From Gammaproteobacteria bacterium (GTDB lineage: Bacteria; Pseudomonadota; Gammaproteobacteria; Eutrophobiales; Eutrophobiaceae): DNA of 64,000 bases. The translations under genes and the position numbers were made by a program. The stretch lies in NCBI GenBank assembly GCA_965221695.1, contig OZ244905.1, forward strand, positions 1,984,001 through 2,048,000, written 5' to 3'. Each line of letters starts with the position of its first letter. The first letter of the stretch is position 1. Shown here piece by piece: positions 1 to 9,117 of the stretch. Below the pieces are notes generated by a model that saw only the letters and a program-made list of their open reading frames with translations, was not told the origin of the DNA and did not search any database.

Positions 1-264
1 ACGGGAAACTGGACGGCCGACAGCCTGATGATTCGCGTTGTCGACGATGGACGGGGCATTCCGGAAGATTACCAATCGAAATTGGGCAATAGGATACTGG
101 GGAGCAGACCGGCAGACAAGGGCCTGGGTATCGGCCTGTTCTTGGCGCAAACTACGCTGAAACGGCTGGGCGGGGAAATAACATTCACCAACCTGCCGTC
201 CGACGGATTGCGCACACAGATTGAACTACCACTGAACAGGATACTGGTTCGGGATGGTGGGTAA
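1..264 (+). CDS. regB: RegB/PrrB-type sensor histidine kinase, C-terminal part (runs off window)
   Basis: HATPase motifs DDGRG and GLGIGLFL; stop overlaps start of a RegA-type regulator. Confidence 0.75.
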   Translation, partial: TGNWTADSLMIRVVDDGRGIPEDYQSKLGNRILGSRPADKGLGIGLFLAQTTLKRLGGEITFTNLPSDGLRTQIELPLNRILVRDGG

Positions 265-803
265 TGCAGAATGACCGCAAACTTCTGCTGGTCGACGACG
301 ATGACGTCTATTGCGGCATCCTGGCGCGGGCGCTGACCCGGCGCGGGTTGGATGTGTCTGTCGCATACAACCGGCAGGATGCCCTGGTTCGCGCCACTGC
401 AACTGTTCCGGACCTGGCTGTGGTAGACCTGCGCATCGGCGCTGATTCAGGTCTCGAACTGATCCCGGAGTTGCTTGGCGTCAATCCAACGGCGCGCATC
501 ATCGTTTTGACCGGGTATGCAAGCATCTCCACCGCGGTGGAGGCTATTAAGCTGGGAGCCGTTCAGTACCTGACCAAACCGGCCGATGCGGATGATATCC
601 TGACAGCAATCCAACGCGAAACAGGCGCGCCACAGGTGGCGGTTCGGGACAGACCGTTACCCCTGGCCAGACTGGAATGGGAACACATTCAGAGGACTCT
701 GGCAGAGTGTGATGGAAATATTTCGGCGACCGCGCGCCGGCTTGGCATGCACCGGCGCACTCTGCAAAGAAAACTCCAAAAACGCCCTGTCAGGATTGGT
801 TGA
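264..803 (+). CDS. regA: RegA/PrrA/ActR family response regulator
   Basis: Receiver domain plus signature LEWEHIQRTL..GNISATARRLGMHRRTLQRKL. Confidence 0.93.
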   Translation: MQNDRKLLLVDDDDVYCGILARALTRRGLDVSVAYNRQDALVRATATVPDLAVVDLRIGADSGLELIPELLGVNPTARIIVLTGYASISTAVEAIKLGAVQYLTKPADADDILTAIQRETGAPQVAVRDRPLPLARLEWEHIQRTLAECDGNISATARRLGMHRRTLQRKLQKRPVRIG

Positions 804-837
804 GCCTGATGCGCCGCCCTAGTACTAGGGGGGTATT

Positions 838-1764
838 CTACCCTCTCAAATCCGGGTTAAGCTTAACCTTAATATTATCTATCAGCCGGGCCGAGCCCAG
901 CCATGCGGCGGCAAGAATGGACAAGCGCGTATCCTGCCCGGCCGGCAACATGAGGTCTTCGGCGCGCCGGATACTGACATATTCGGCTCTGAAGCCCGCC
1001 TTCTCCAACCTGCGCATTGCCGATTTTTCAATTTCATCCAGGCTTTTCCCGGCTCTTCGCAAATCATCTGCGGCGGCCTTCAGGGTACGGTAAATCTCCG
1101 GCGCCTTGCGTCGCTCATCCGGCGTCAGGTAGGCGTTGCGGGAACTCATCGCCAAACCGTCGTGTTCGCGCACGATGGGCAGGCCGATGATCTCCACCGG
1201 CAGGCACAAATCCCGCGCCAAGCGTTTGATGACCAGCAGTTGCTGGTAATCCTTTTCGCCGAACAAGGCCAGGTCCGGCTGCGCATTACAGAGCAGTTTC
1301 GCCACCACGGTGGCCACTCCGGAGAAATGGCCGGGCCTGAATTCGCCGCACAGAATGTTCGACAATTCGGGCACGTTGACACGGGTATCGGCATCGGTGC
1401 CGCCGGGATATAGCGCTTCCAGGTCAGGTGTGAACAACAGGTCAAGCCCGTGCTTTTCCAGTTTGTTCTTGTCTTCGGCCAGGGCGCTGGGGTATCTCTC
1501 GTAATCCTCGCCTTTGCCGAATTGTATGGGGTTGACAAAAATACTCACAATGGTGCGATGCGCGCGCTCAGAGGCGTGATTAAGCAACGAAATATGCCCA
1601 TCATGCAGGTTGCCCATAGTGGGGACCAGGGCGATGGTATGCCCTGCCCGCTTCCACCTGCTGACAACCGCGCGCAACCCATGCAGGGTGGACACGGTTT
1701 CCATGATAGGCGTCCCGCTGAAGGGCGCGGTAATATGTTTGTGCGCGATTTGTGGCTCTGACAT
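838..1764 (-). CDS. panC: Pantoate--beta-alanine ligase
   Basis: PTMGNLHDGH, FGEKDYQQ, GLAMSSRN, RLIDN; GGAG upstream of 1764 (alternative start 1704). Confidence 0.96.
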   Translation of the reverse strand: MSEPQIAHKHITAPFSGTPIMETVSTLHGLRAVVSRWKRAGHTIALVPTMGNLHDGHISLLNHASERAHRTIVSIFVNPIQFGKGEDYERYPSALAEDKNKLEKHGLDLLFTPDLEALYPGGTDADTRVNVPELSNILCGEFRPGHFSGVATVVAKLLCNAQPDLALFGEKDYQQLLVIKRLARDLCLPVEIIGLPIVREHDGLAMSSRNAYLTPDERRKAPEIYRTLKAAADDLRRAGKSLDEIEKSAMRRLEKAGFRAEYVSIRRAEDLMLPAGQDTRLSILAAAWLGSARLIDNIKVKLNPDLRG

Positions 1765-1806
1765 AGTCGCTCCCGGATCAGTAACCTGATAAAACCAAAC
1801 CTTTCA

Positions 1807-2604
1807 TTATTTAAACGAATGCTCCGACCCGGGAAACTCGCCGGCCTTCACCGCGCGCGCGTATTCCCGAACAGCCGCCTGGATAGACCCGACGCCAGCC
1901 AGAAAATTTTTTGCCATGCGCGGACTACGCGCAGTAATGCCCAGCAAATCATAGAGCACGAGCACCTGCCCGTCACAGTTTGCGCCCGCGCCGATACCTA
2001 TGGTGGGGATCGTCAGATCATTAGTAATATGCTCGGCAAGGCCGGCTGGAATGCATTCCAGCACCAACATGCATGCGCCGGCAGCTTCCAGGGCGCGGGC
2101 GCCGGCTATAATGCGTTCGGCCTGTTGTTTGTCCCTGCCCTGGACCTTGTATCCCCCATACTCCCTGATAGACTGCGGTTGCAGGCCGACATGGCCGCAA
2201 ACCGGTATGCCCTGATCAACCAAGGCCGCTACAGAGGCTGCATGTTCCTCTCCGCCTTCCAGCTTCACTACCTCGGCTTCGCCTTCCTCCACCAATCTGC
2301 GGGCATTTTCACAGGCCGCTGTTGCTGTCTCATAACTACGGTACGGCATGTCCACCACCAGCAACGCCCGCCGGCAGGCTCGGCTGACCATCCTACTGTG
2401 ATAAATCATGTCATTCATGGAAACGCTCAACGTGTCTTCCATACCCTGTAACGCCATGCCCAACGAGTCGCCCACCAGGGTGATTTCCACCCCGGCCGCA
2501 TCCAGTATTTCGGCAAAACCCGCATCATATGCGGTCAGACCGACGATTTTGTCGCCGGCCTGTTTCATCTTGCGCAATCGGGCAATGGTGACTTTTTCGA
2601 TCAT
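1807..2604 (-). CDS. panB: 3-methyl-2-oxobutanoate hydroxymethyltransferase
   Basis: TAYD, LVGDSLGM, VKLEGG, IGIGAG..CDGQVLV. Confidence 0.96.
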   Translation of the reverse strand: MIEKVTIARLRKMKQAGDKIVGLTAYDAGFAEILDAAGVEITLVGDSLGMALQGMEDTLSVSMNDMIYHSRMVSRACRRALLVVDMPYRSYETATAACENARRLVEEGEAEVVKLEGGEEHAASVAALVDQGIPVCGHVGLQPQSIREYGGYKVQGRDKQQAERIIAGARALEAAGACMLVLECIPAGLAEHITNDLTIPTIGIGAGANCDGQVLVLYDLLGITARSPRMAKNFLAGVGSIQAAVREYARAVKAGEFPGSEHSFK

Positions 2605-3248
2605 AATTCCTGGGGATTGAAATAATGCCGCCCGGGTCTGAGCTTGTCCAGGTAATTCAGCAACATATCATAGTCGCCGCGCTTGGCGCTGAAATCCATG
2701 TCCGTCGAATTCACGATGAGTAACGATGATGCGTCATAATGATAGAAAAATTCGGTGTATCCGTCCGAAATCTTATGCAGGTACTCCCTGTCTATCTTAA
2801 TCTCCGGGACTCCGTTTTTTTCCCGGATCCGTTTTGCCATTACATCCACGGAAGATTGCAGGTAAATCACCAGGTCGGGAATGGGGATGCTTCCGACCAG
2901 CAAGTGGTAAACCTGGTAATACAAATCCAGTTCGTCGTGACTCAATGTGGCTTCGGCGAATAATCTGTGCGCCTGGATCAGGAAGTCCGAGACGCTGCTG
3001 GTCAGAAAAAGGTCTCCCTGGCGCAGTCCGCGCGCTTGTTTGACATGTTCAAACAAAAAATGCAGTTGCGCCGATAAGGCGGCTGTTCCAGGACGCAGGT
3101 ACATCTCAGGCATAAATGGATTGGCGGTGATGCGCTCCAGTAGCAGGGCATCGTCCAAGGTGTCTGCGAGGCGTCTTGCCAGCGCGGTCTTGCCAACGCC
3201 GATCGGGCCTTCTACGACGATATATTTGAATTTCTGTTCAGTCCGCAT
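2601..3248 (-). CDS. Deoxynucleoside kinase
   Basis: P-loop IVVEGPIGVGKT, PDLVIYL; usual folK-dNK-panB position. Confidence 0.88.
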   Translation of the reverse strand: MRTEQKFKYIVVEGPIGVGKTALARRLADTLDDALLLERITANPFMPEMYLRPGTAALSAQLHFLFEHVKQARGLRQGDLFLTSSVSDFLIQAHRLFAEATLSHDELDLYYQVYHLLVGSIPIPDLVIYLQSSVDVMAKRIREKNGVPEIKIDREYLHKISDGYTEFFYHYDASSLLIVNSTDMDFSAKRGDYDMLLNYLDKLRPGRHYFNPQEL

Positions 3249-3290
3249 TTCTCGCCAATTCGCTAGTCAGAATAAGAAAAAATTTATTAT

Positions 3291-3310
3291 GGAAGCTCTG
3301 ACTTAATCAG
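3291..3310. repeat. Family A 27-bp mini-palindrome, right arm degenerate
   Basis: GGAAGCTCTGACTTAATCAG matches the first 20 nt of the copy at 3901 with one mismatch. Confidence 0.75.
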
Positions 3311-3359
3311 CGGTTTTTTATCAATAAGTAATGATATTATTCCAGATGCGTGGCGCGGG

Positions 3360-3860
3360 TTAACCCGCATCGGCGCGCCTCCGATCCAGCTTTGTGATGC
3401 CCGCGTGACCGATCATGGCCAACAGTTGATCCGCCCTGCCAAGTCCCGGAATTTCGAGGTCGGGCGCCAATTCCAGCAACGGCGCCAGAACAAAGTTACG
3501 ATGCCTGATTCCGGGGTGCGGCACGGACAATTCGGGTTCCTCAATGATCTGGTTGCCATACAGCAACAGGTCCAGATCCAGAGTGCGCGGTCCCCATTTT
3601 TGTCCGTTCCGGGTCCGTCCTTGGCGGTTTTCAATCAACTGCAATTGTCGCAACAATTGTCCTGCCATCATGCTTGAATTGAGCAGCGCAACGGCGTTCA
3701 CGAAATCAGGCTGCTCACTCGGACCCAGCGGCAAGCTACGGTAGAATGAGGAATATTTCACCAGGCGCGTGTCCGGAATACCATCCAGAGCCGCCAAAGC
3801 CGAATCCAACTGCCATTCCGGGTTGTCCAGATTACTGCCCAACCCGATGTAACTTTCCAT
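3360..3860 (-). CDS. folK: 2-amino-4-hydroxy-6-hydroxymethyldihydropteridine diphosphokinase
   Basis: YIGLGSNL, FVNAV, WGPRTLDLDLLLYG, PHP. Confidence 0.96.
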   Translation of the reverse strand: MESYIGLGSNLDNPEWQLDSALAALDGIPDTRLVKYSSFYRSLPLGPSEQPDFVNAVALLNSSMMAGQLLRQLQLIENRQGRTRNGQKWGPRTLDLDLLLYGNQIIEEPELSVPHPGIRHRNFVLAPLLELAPDLEIPGLGRADQLLAMIGHAGITKLDRRRADAG

Positions 3861-3900
3861 TCCTCATACCTGGCATACCAAACCGCTTTTATATATCTAA

Positions 3901-3927
3901 GGAAACTCTGACTTAATCAGAGTTTCC
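3901..3927. repeat. Family A 27-bp mini-palindrome (mini-MITE) with CTAA target duplication
   Basis: CTAA-GGAAACTCTGACTTAATCAGAGTTTCC-CTAA; the right CTA is the pcnB stop. Confidence 0.9.
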
Positions 3928-5226
3928 CTAACCTGTATTCCGCGCTTTGGGCCGCCTGCGCCGGTTTCGTTTGTTCCGGGACTGGCTATTTTGAGCAGGG
4001 TTGTTCTGTTGAAACTCGGTCCACCATTGCGCCAACTCGTTGACATCTTCCCCGGATTCCGCCCGAAGAAGCAAAAAATCGTAAGCTGCCCGAAACCGGA
4101 GGTTGTTGAGCAGCCGGTGCGGCCGGCGGTTCACGCTCCGTTCCAGACGCGGTTGCATTTGCCAGATATCCCGCGCCAAACGCGTAAAGCGGCGCGGGAC
4201 CGCGATAGAGCGGGTTTGCCTGGAGATTACAATGTCTCCAGCTAGCGCGATGGCGTCGATTTCACTCATGCCCTGAGCCATATGGCGCCGCGCCAGTTTA
4301 TCCATGGGCAACCATAGCAGAGCGGCGAGCAGAAACCCCGGTGTTACCGGTTTGTTTTGCGCCAGTCGGCTGTCGGTATTACGCAAGGCGTTGGCGACGA
4401 ACGTATAGGGAAATCCGCCGCGCTGGTCCGTGAGCGCCTCTTCGGTCTGTGGAAACAACTCCTTGAACAGCTCACAACGACGCAATTGTTCAAAGGTCTG
4501 CAAAGCATAACCGCTAAAAAACAGTTTCAGACATTCTTCAAACAAGCGCGCGGTAGAAATTTCTCCTAACGAGGGAGCCAGTTTGGATATATGTGCTTCG
4601 GTGTCAGGGCCGAGCCTGAAACCCAGTTTGGTCGCAAACCGCACTGCCCGCAACAGCCGCACCGGATCTTCCACAAAACGCCGGCGCGGGTCGCCGATTA
4701 GCCGGATACAACCGGATTTGATATCGCGCATGCCGTTGACATAGTCCACTACCGACTCATCAACGATATTATAATACAAGGCATTTACGGTGAAATCCCG
4801 GCGCCATACATCTTCGTCGATGGAACCGTAAACGTTATCGCGCACAATCCGGCCGTCGACAACGTGCCCTGCGCCATGATCGTCATCGTGAGGCGCCCGG
4901 AAAGTAGAGACCTCCACGACCTCATTGCCAAAACGCACATGAGCTAGCCGGAAACGACGCCCGATCAGCCTGCTGTTCCGAAACAGCTCTCTTACCTGTT
5001 GTGGTGTAGCGTCCGTCACCACGTCGAAATCTTTAGGTTCGCGCCCCAACAGCAGATCGCGTACGCTGCCTCCGACCAGGTAACCGGCATAGCCGGCATT
5101 TTTTAGACGATACAAGACTTTCAGCGCTCCTTCGCTGATGTTTTTCGTCGAGATATTATGCTGTTCGCTGGGAATGATTGTCGGCTGTGGACGCAGGTAT
5201 GAAACTTTCTCTTGGCTTTTGTTCAT
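3928..5226 (-). CDS. pcnB: Poly(A) polymerase I
   Basis: LVGGSVRDLLLG..PKDFD, LIGRRFRLAHV signature, RRDFTVNAL, FRAAYDFLLLR. Confidence 0.96.
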   Translation of the reverse strand: MNKSQEKVSYLRPQPTIIPSEQHNISTKNISEGALKVLYRLKNAGYAGYLVGGSVRDLLLGREPKDFDVVTDATPQQVRELFRNSRLIGRRFRLAHVRFGNEVVEVSTFRAPHDDDHGAGHVVDGRIVRDNVYGSIDEDVWRRDFTVNALYYNIVDESVVDYVNGMRDIKSGCIRLIGDPRRRFVEDPVRLLRAVRFATKLGFRLGPDTEAHISKLAPSLGEISTARLFEECLKLFFSGYALQTFEQLRRCELFKELFPQTEEALTDQRGGFPYTFVANALRNTDSRLAQNKPVTPGFLLAALLWLPMDKLARRHMAQGMSEIDAIALAGDIVISRQTRSIAVPRRFTRLARDIWQMQPRLERSVNRRPHRLLNNLRFRAAYDFLLLRAESGEDVNELAQWWTEFQQNNPAQNSQSRNKRNRRRRPKARNTG

Positions 5227-5255
5227 GAAGCAGTATTATAATGATTTGTATGTTC

Positions 5256-5331
5256 GCTCCCTTCGTCTAGTGGCCCAGGACGCTGGCCTCTCACGCCGGA
5301 AACAGGGGTTCGATTCCCCTAGGGAGCGCCA
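5256..5331 (+). tRNA. tRNA-Glu (anticodon CTC)
   Basis: 76-nt cloverleaf GCTCCCT..AGGGAGC-G-CCA, anticodon arm CTGGC-CT-CTC-AC-GCCGG, GGTTCGATTCC T-arm. Confidence 0.95.
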
Positions 5332-5385
5332 ATTGATTTAAGCAAGCAGTTTTGTGAATTTCGCGTGTTTTCTTCCTGTCAGCCA

Positions 5386-6345
5386 TTACTTTCGGGAGAA
5401 ATTCGCATTCAGCATGGTCTGCATGGCGGTGATCACAATTTCCGGTTGGTCAAGGTGGATTACATGCCCGCTGCGTTCCGCAATCAAGTGTACCGGGTTG
5501 ACTCCAAGCTGGGACAACTCGTCCTGCAACTCCATCCAGACACGTTCCGTCTCATGCCAAAAGGTATTATTCGGCCAGAAGCTTCGCCCGCGGGTCAGCA
5601 CCACAACCGGCACCTCAGGCATCGGCCGGGATACTTGTACTTGTTTGGCGCTGACTGAGAATACCTTCATTTCCTCGCGCCAGGTCATCTTGTGATTCCA
5701 ACTCTGCATGATACGTTGAGCCATCAGCGCATTCTCATCGGGAAAGTTGGGATGGGGGAAATGCCAGGTTACAACATAGCTGTTCGACCCAGGCTTGACC
5801 CGCTTCATGGTTCCCGGTTCAGGGCCCGGCAATCGCTCTATCTGTTCCGGATGGGAGGCGTCGATCAAAACCAGTCCCGCGGTCTCATCCGGGTAGTTTC
5901 GCGCAAATAGCTGCGCGTTGTAACCTCCGAACGAATGGCCGGCAATAATGTAAGGACCGGCCACTTCAGCCTTCTCCAACAAGGTATGCAGCTCCCGGGT
6001 GATTCGTTTGCTGGTTCTCGGCAGTGGGCCGGGGTCACTCCAACCATAGCCTGCCCGATCATATGAGCATACCCGGGTGCGGCGAGCCAGGACTTTCTGA
6101 ACTTCGGACCATTCCAGCGAGAAACCACCGACTCCTGAATCGAAGATGATGGTGGGCGCGCCCGCGCCTGCGCAATATATATGCAGGCGATAGCCGCCGA
6201 TATCCACCAATCTGCCCGGAATGGCGGACTTGGGCGCGGCGGGAGACGCGGCAAGCTGCGCGCTGAAGGCTAACGATAGCGCGACTGCCGACCAGCCCAG
6301 GATGAAAATACGGCGCAGGAATTGGCACAACAAATTTATATTCAT
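5386..6345 (-). CDS. Exported alpha/beta hydrolase
   Basis: Hydrophobic N-terminus, YDRAGYGWS, nucleophile elbow GHSFGG, SGHVIH; start set at ATG 6345. Confidence 0.85.
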   Translation of the reverse strand: MNINLLCQFLRRIFILGWSAVALSLAFSAQLAASPAAPKSAIPGRLVDIGGYRLHIYCAGAGAPTIIFDSGVGGFSLEWSEVQKVLARRTRVCSYDRAGYGWSDPGPLPRTSKRITRELHTLLEKAEVAGPYIIAGHSFGGYNAQLFARNYPDETAGLVLIDASHPEQIERLPGPEPGTMKRVKPGSNSYVVTWHFPHPNFPDENALMAQRIMQSWNHKMTWREEMKVFSVSAKQVQVSRPMPEVPVVVLTRGRSFWPNNTFWHETERVWMELQDELSQLGVNPVHLIAERSGHVIHLDQPEIVITAMQTMLNANFSRK

Positions 6346-6432
6346 GCCTCTATAATAACATGAGAATGGTTGGGCGCCTGCGTAACCTGCATAGAGCAGG
6401 GTTTCAAAAAATCTCATATACAGTATAACCAG

Positions 6433-7602
6433 ATGCAGACACAAGTGGTAATAATCGGGGGTGGGCCGGCAGGTCTGCTGCTGTCGCAGATGTTACAACT
6501 GCGAGGAGTGGATAGCATTGTGCTGGAGTTGCGTTCTCGCGCCTATGTGCTGCAACGCATTCGCGCCGGCTTGCTTGAATGGGGCTCTGTTGAGATACTG
6601 CGCGGCGCGGGAGTAGGCGAGCGCCTTGACCGTGAGGGCTTTTTTCACGACGGCTCGATGATCGTCTGGGCCGGCGCAAGACAATGTCTGATCGATACCC
6701 GGAAGTACGCCGGCAGACAGATGGTCGCCTACGGCCAGACCAATATTACCGAAGACCTGTATGCGGCCCGTGACGCCATGGGAGGGACGATCATTGATGA
6801 GGCGCGGGATGTCACGCCTCATGCCATCGATACGGACAAACCCTGGGTCAGCTTTGTCAAGGATGGATTGGAGCAACGCATCGATTGCGATTTCATAGCC
6901 GGTTGCGACGGCTCCTATGGCGTCAGCAGGAAAGCCATTCCCACTTCTGTGCTGCGCACCTATGAAAAAGTGTATCCGTTCGGCTGGTTGGGGATCATGT
7001 CTGAAACACCGCCATTGTCAGATGTGATCTATGCCAACCACCCGCGCGGTTTCGCCCTGGCATCGCAACGCAACCCCATGCTCAGTCGCTATTACATACA
7101 GTGCGAGATAAACGCGGACATTGCCGATTGGCCCGATGACCGGTTCTGGCCGGAATTGAAAGCGCGCTTTCCCCGGGACATCGCAGATGCCATCGCTACC
7201 GGACCGTCTATAGAAAAATCTATCGCACCGTTGCGCAGTTTCGTGGCCGAACCGATGAGCTACGGCCGTTTGTACCTGGCCGGCGACGCTGCCCATATTG
7301 TGCCGCCGACCGGCGCCAAGGGTTTGAACCTCGCTATTTCGGATGTGTATTATCTGTCGCGCGCGCTAGCCGCGTTCTATCATGACAATGATATGGCAAA
7401 ACTGGACGGTTATTCGCGGACAGCTTTGAAACGGGTTTGGGGGGCCGTGCGCATCTCCTGGCGCCTGACCAATCTCTTACACCGCTTTCCGAACCAGGAT
7501 GAGTTTGACCTGCGTATGCAGGAGAACGAACTCGAGCGTCTGGCTGATTCAGAAGCGGCCATGCGCGATCTTGCAGAGCAATACATTGGCTTGCCGCTCT
7601 GA
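6433..7602 (+). CDS. pobA: 4-hydroxybenzoate 3-monooxygenase
   Basis: IIGGGPAG, RIRAG, GCDG, EKSIAPLRSFVAEPM, GDAAHIVPPTGAKGLNLA, C-terminal YIGLPL. Confidence 0.95.
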   Translation: MQTQVVIIGGGPAGLLLSQMLQLRGVDSIVLELRSRAYVLQRIRAGLLEWGSVEILRGAGVGERLDREGFFHDGSMIVWAGARQCLIDTRKYAGRQMVAYGQTNITEDLYAARDAMGGTIIDEARDVTPHAIDTDKPWVSFVKDGLEQRIDCDFIAGCDGSYGVSRKAIPTSVLRTYEKVYPFGWLGIMSETPPLSDVIYANHPRGFALASQRNPMLSRYYIQCEINADIADWPDDRFWPELKARFPRDIADAIATGPSIEKSIAPLRSFVAEPMSYGRLYLAGDAAHIVPPTGAKGLNLAISDVYYLSRALAAFYHDNDMAKLDGYSRTALKRVWGAVRISWRLTNLLHRFPNQDEFDLRMQENELERLADSEAAMRDLAEQYIGLPL

Positions 7603-8033
7603 TGAAACCTGACAAGTATCATTACTGCGGACTCGCTCGCAGGTTGATGGCCATTGCTTATGACTGTTGCCTGCTGTTTTCCTTACTGTTTTTTGCGACC
7701 CTGCCGGCGCTTGCCGTTACTGGCGGCAAAGCATTTGTCCCCGGCAACCCGTATTATTGCGCGTACCTACTGCTGATCTCATGGTTTTATTTCGTCTGGC
7801 AGTGGAAAACAGGACGGCAAACCCTGGGCATGCGCACCTGGCGCATATACCTGGCAACCCGGGGCGGGAGGCCGCCTGACTGGAAAAACCTCAGTGTCAG
7901 ATTTTTTCTTGCAATTGTATCGTTGTCTGCAATGGGCCTTGGGTTTCTCTGGGCTCTGGTCGATGAGGAACGGATGACGTTTCACGATCGGTTTTCGGGG
8001 ACAATACTGGTTTTCGCCGGTAAAACAGGGTGA
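7602..8033 (+). CDS. RDD family membrane protein
   Basis: RRLMAIAYD, QTLGMRTW, HDRFSGT; usual neighbour of lptG. Confidence 0.88.
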   Translation: MKPDKYHYCGLARRLMAIAYDCCLLFSLLFFATLPALAVTGGKAFVPGNPYYCAYLLLISWFYFVWQWKTGRQTLGMRTWRIYLATRGGRPPDWKNLSVRFFLAIVSLSAMGLGFLWALVDEERMTFHDRFSGTILVFAGKTG

Positions 8034-9072
8034 ACAGGACCAGGCACAGCAACAGGGTTGGTGCGTTCGAGCTGATGAGCGGATGGATGCCGTAGACGAT
8101 GCCGATATGGCCGGATGCGGAATTGATAAAGTAGAAAATCACGCCGATCAGGGCGCCGGCAAATACATGTTGGCCCAGCCCGTCTGAACGGGCGCGCGCG
8201 GCAACCAGCGGTATGGACAGAATAATCATAGCAATGATTGTGAACGGGCGCGCCAGTTTTCCGTAAAACGCCCGTTCATGGGCCGCGGCGTTCTGTGAAT
8301 TGGATTTCAGCGCGCTGATGTTGTCAGACAGGTTCCACAGGGACATGTGCAAAGGGTTGACGATGATCAGGTTGATCAAACCGTCATCGATCCAGGAAGC
8401 CCAGGTTGCCTTGCTGTAATGCTCCCGACTGAGACCGGAGCTGTCGATAACCGTTCTTTCAACGTTCTCCAATAGCCAGCGACCATCAATAAATTGGCCG
8501 GTATCAGCGCTGATACTGCTGCGCATCCGGTCCTGCTCGTCGAACTCATAGATGTATATTTCCTCAATGAGATTGCCGGGCAATATTTTGCGGATATTGA
8601 TGAAACTGTTTCCATCCCTGGCCCAGAAGCCGTATTGTGTCTGCATGACGACCTGTTCCGCCAATGCGATGGAACGTTGATATCTGGCCTTAATTTCACT
8701 GACAGGAACAACCAGCTCACCGAGCAGGACAGAAAACAGCGCGATGACCAGGGCTGCTTTTGCCAGATAACCGGCGAGTGTATATTCCGAAACGCCGGCG
8801 AGCCTGATTATGTCGAGCTCGCTGTTTCTGTGTAACAACGCCATACATGTCATGCCGCCAATCATCGCCGCGATCGGCAGAATCTCATAAGCCAGCCGCG
8901 GCAGGGTCAGAAGCACGTAATTGATTGCCTGGTAGGTATCGTAGTTGCCTTGTCCGGCATCTTCCAGTTGGTCAATAAGAGACAAAAACGCAAACACGCC
9001 AACCAGGACGGCCAGGGCCAGAGCCGTAGTCCAGACCAGGTTGACGATAAAATAGCGTTGTATGATTTTCAT
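7897..9072 (-). CDS. lptG: LPS export ABC permease LptG
   Basis: YjgP/Q topology, SEL motif, GFWARDG; paired with lptF next to pepA. Confidence 0.9.
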   Translation of the reverse strand: MKIIQRYFIVNLVWTTALALAVLVGVFAFLSLIDQLEDAGQGNYDTYQAINYVLLTLPRLAYEILPIAAMIGGMTCMALLHRNSELDIIRLAGVSEYTLAGYLAKAALVIALFSVLLGELVVPVSEIKARYQRSIALAEQVVMQTQYGFWARDGNSFINIRKILPGNLIEEIYIYEFDEQDRMRSSISADTGQFIDGRWLLENVERTVIDSSGLSREHYSKATWASWIDDGLINLIIVNPLHMSLWNLSDNISALKSNSQNAAAHERAFYGKLARPFTIIAMIILSIPLVAARARSDGLGQHVFAGALIGVIFYFINSASGHIGIVYGIHPLISSNAPTLLLCLVLFTLFYRRKPVLSPKTDRETSSVPHRPEPRETQGPLQTTIQLQEKI

Positions 9073-9089
9073 ACTGTCGCCATATTACG

Positions 9090-9117
9090 GGAAGCGCTGA
9101 TCATCTCAGAGATTTCC
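9090..9117. repeat. Family A mini-palindrome, degenerate; contains the lptF stop
   Basis: GGAAGCGCTGATCATCTCAGAGATTTCC. Confidence 0.6.

Noticed and set aside
817-830. Perfect palindrome CCCTAGTACTAGGG between convergent regA and panC
   Set aside because: Single copy, no loop or U-tract; cannot be assigned a function
3320-3345. Fur-box-like AT-rich stretch (TAATGATATTATT)
   Set aside because: Only a half-site match, upstream of a gene with no iron link
5256-8033. Integrative element or prophage at tRNA-Glu (likewise at tRNA-Gln)
   Set aside because: No integrase and no duplicated tRNA 3' end found
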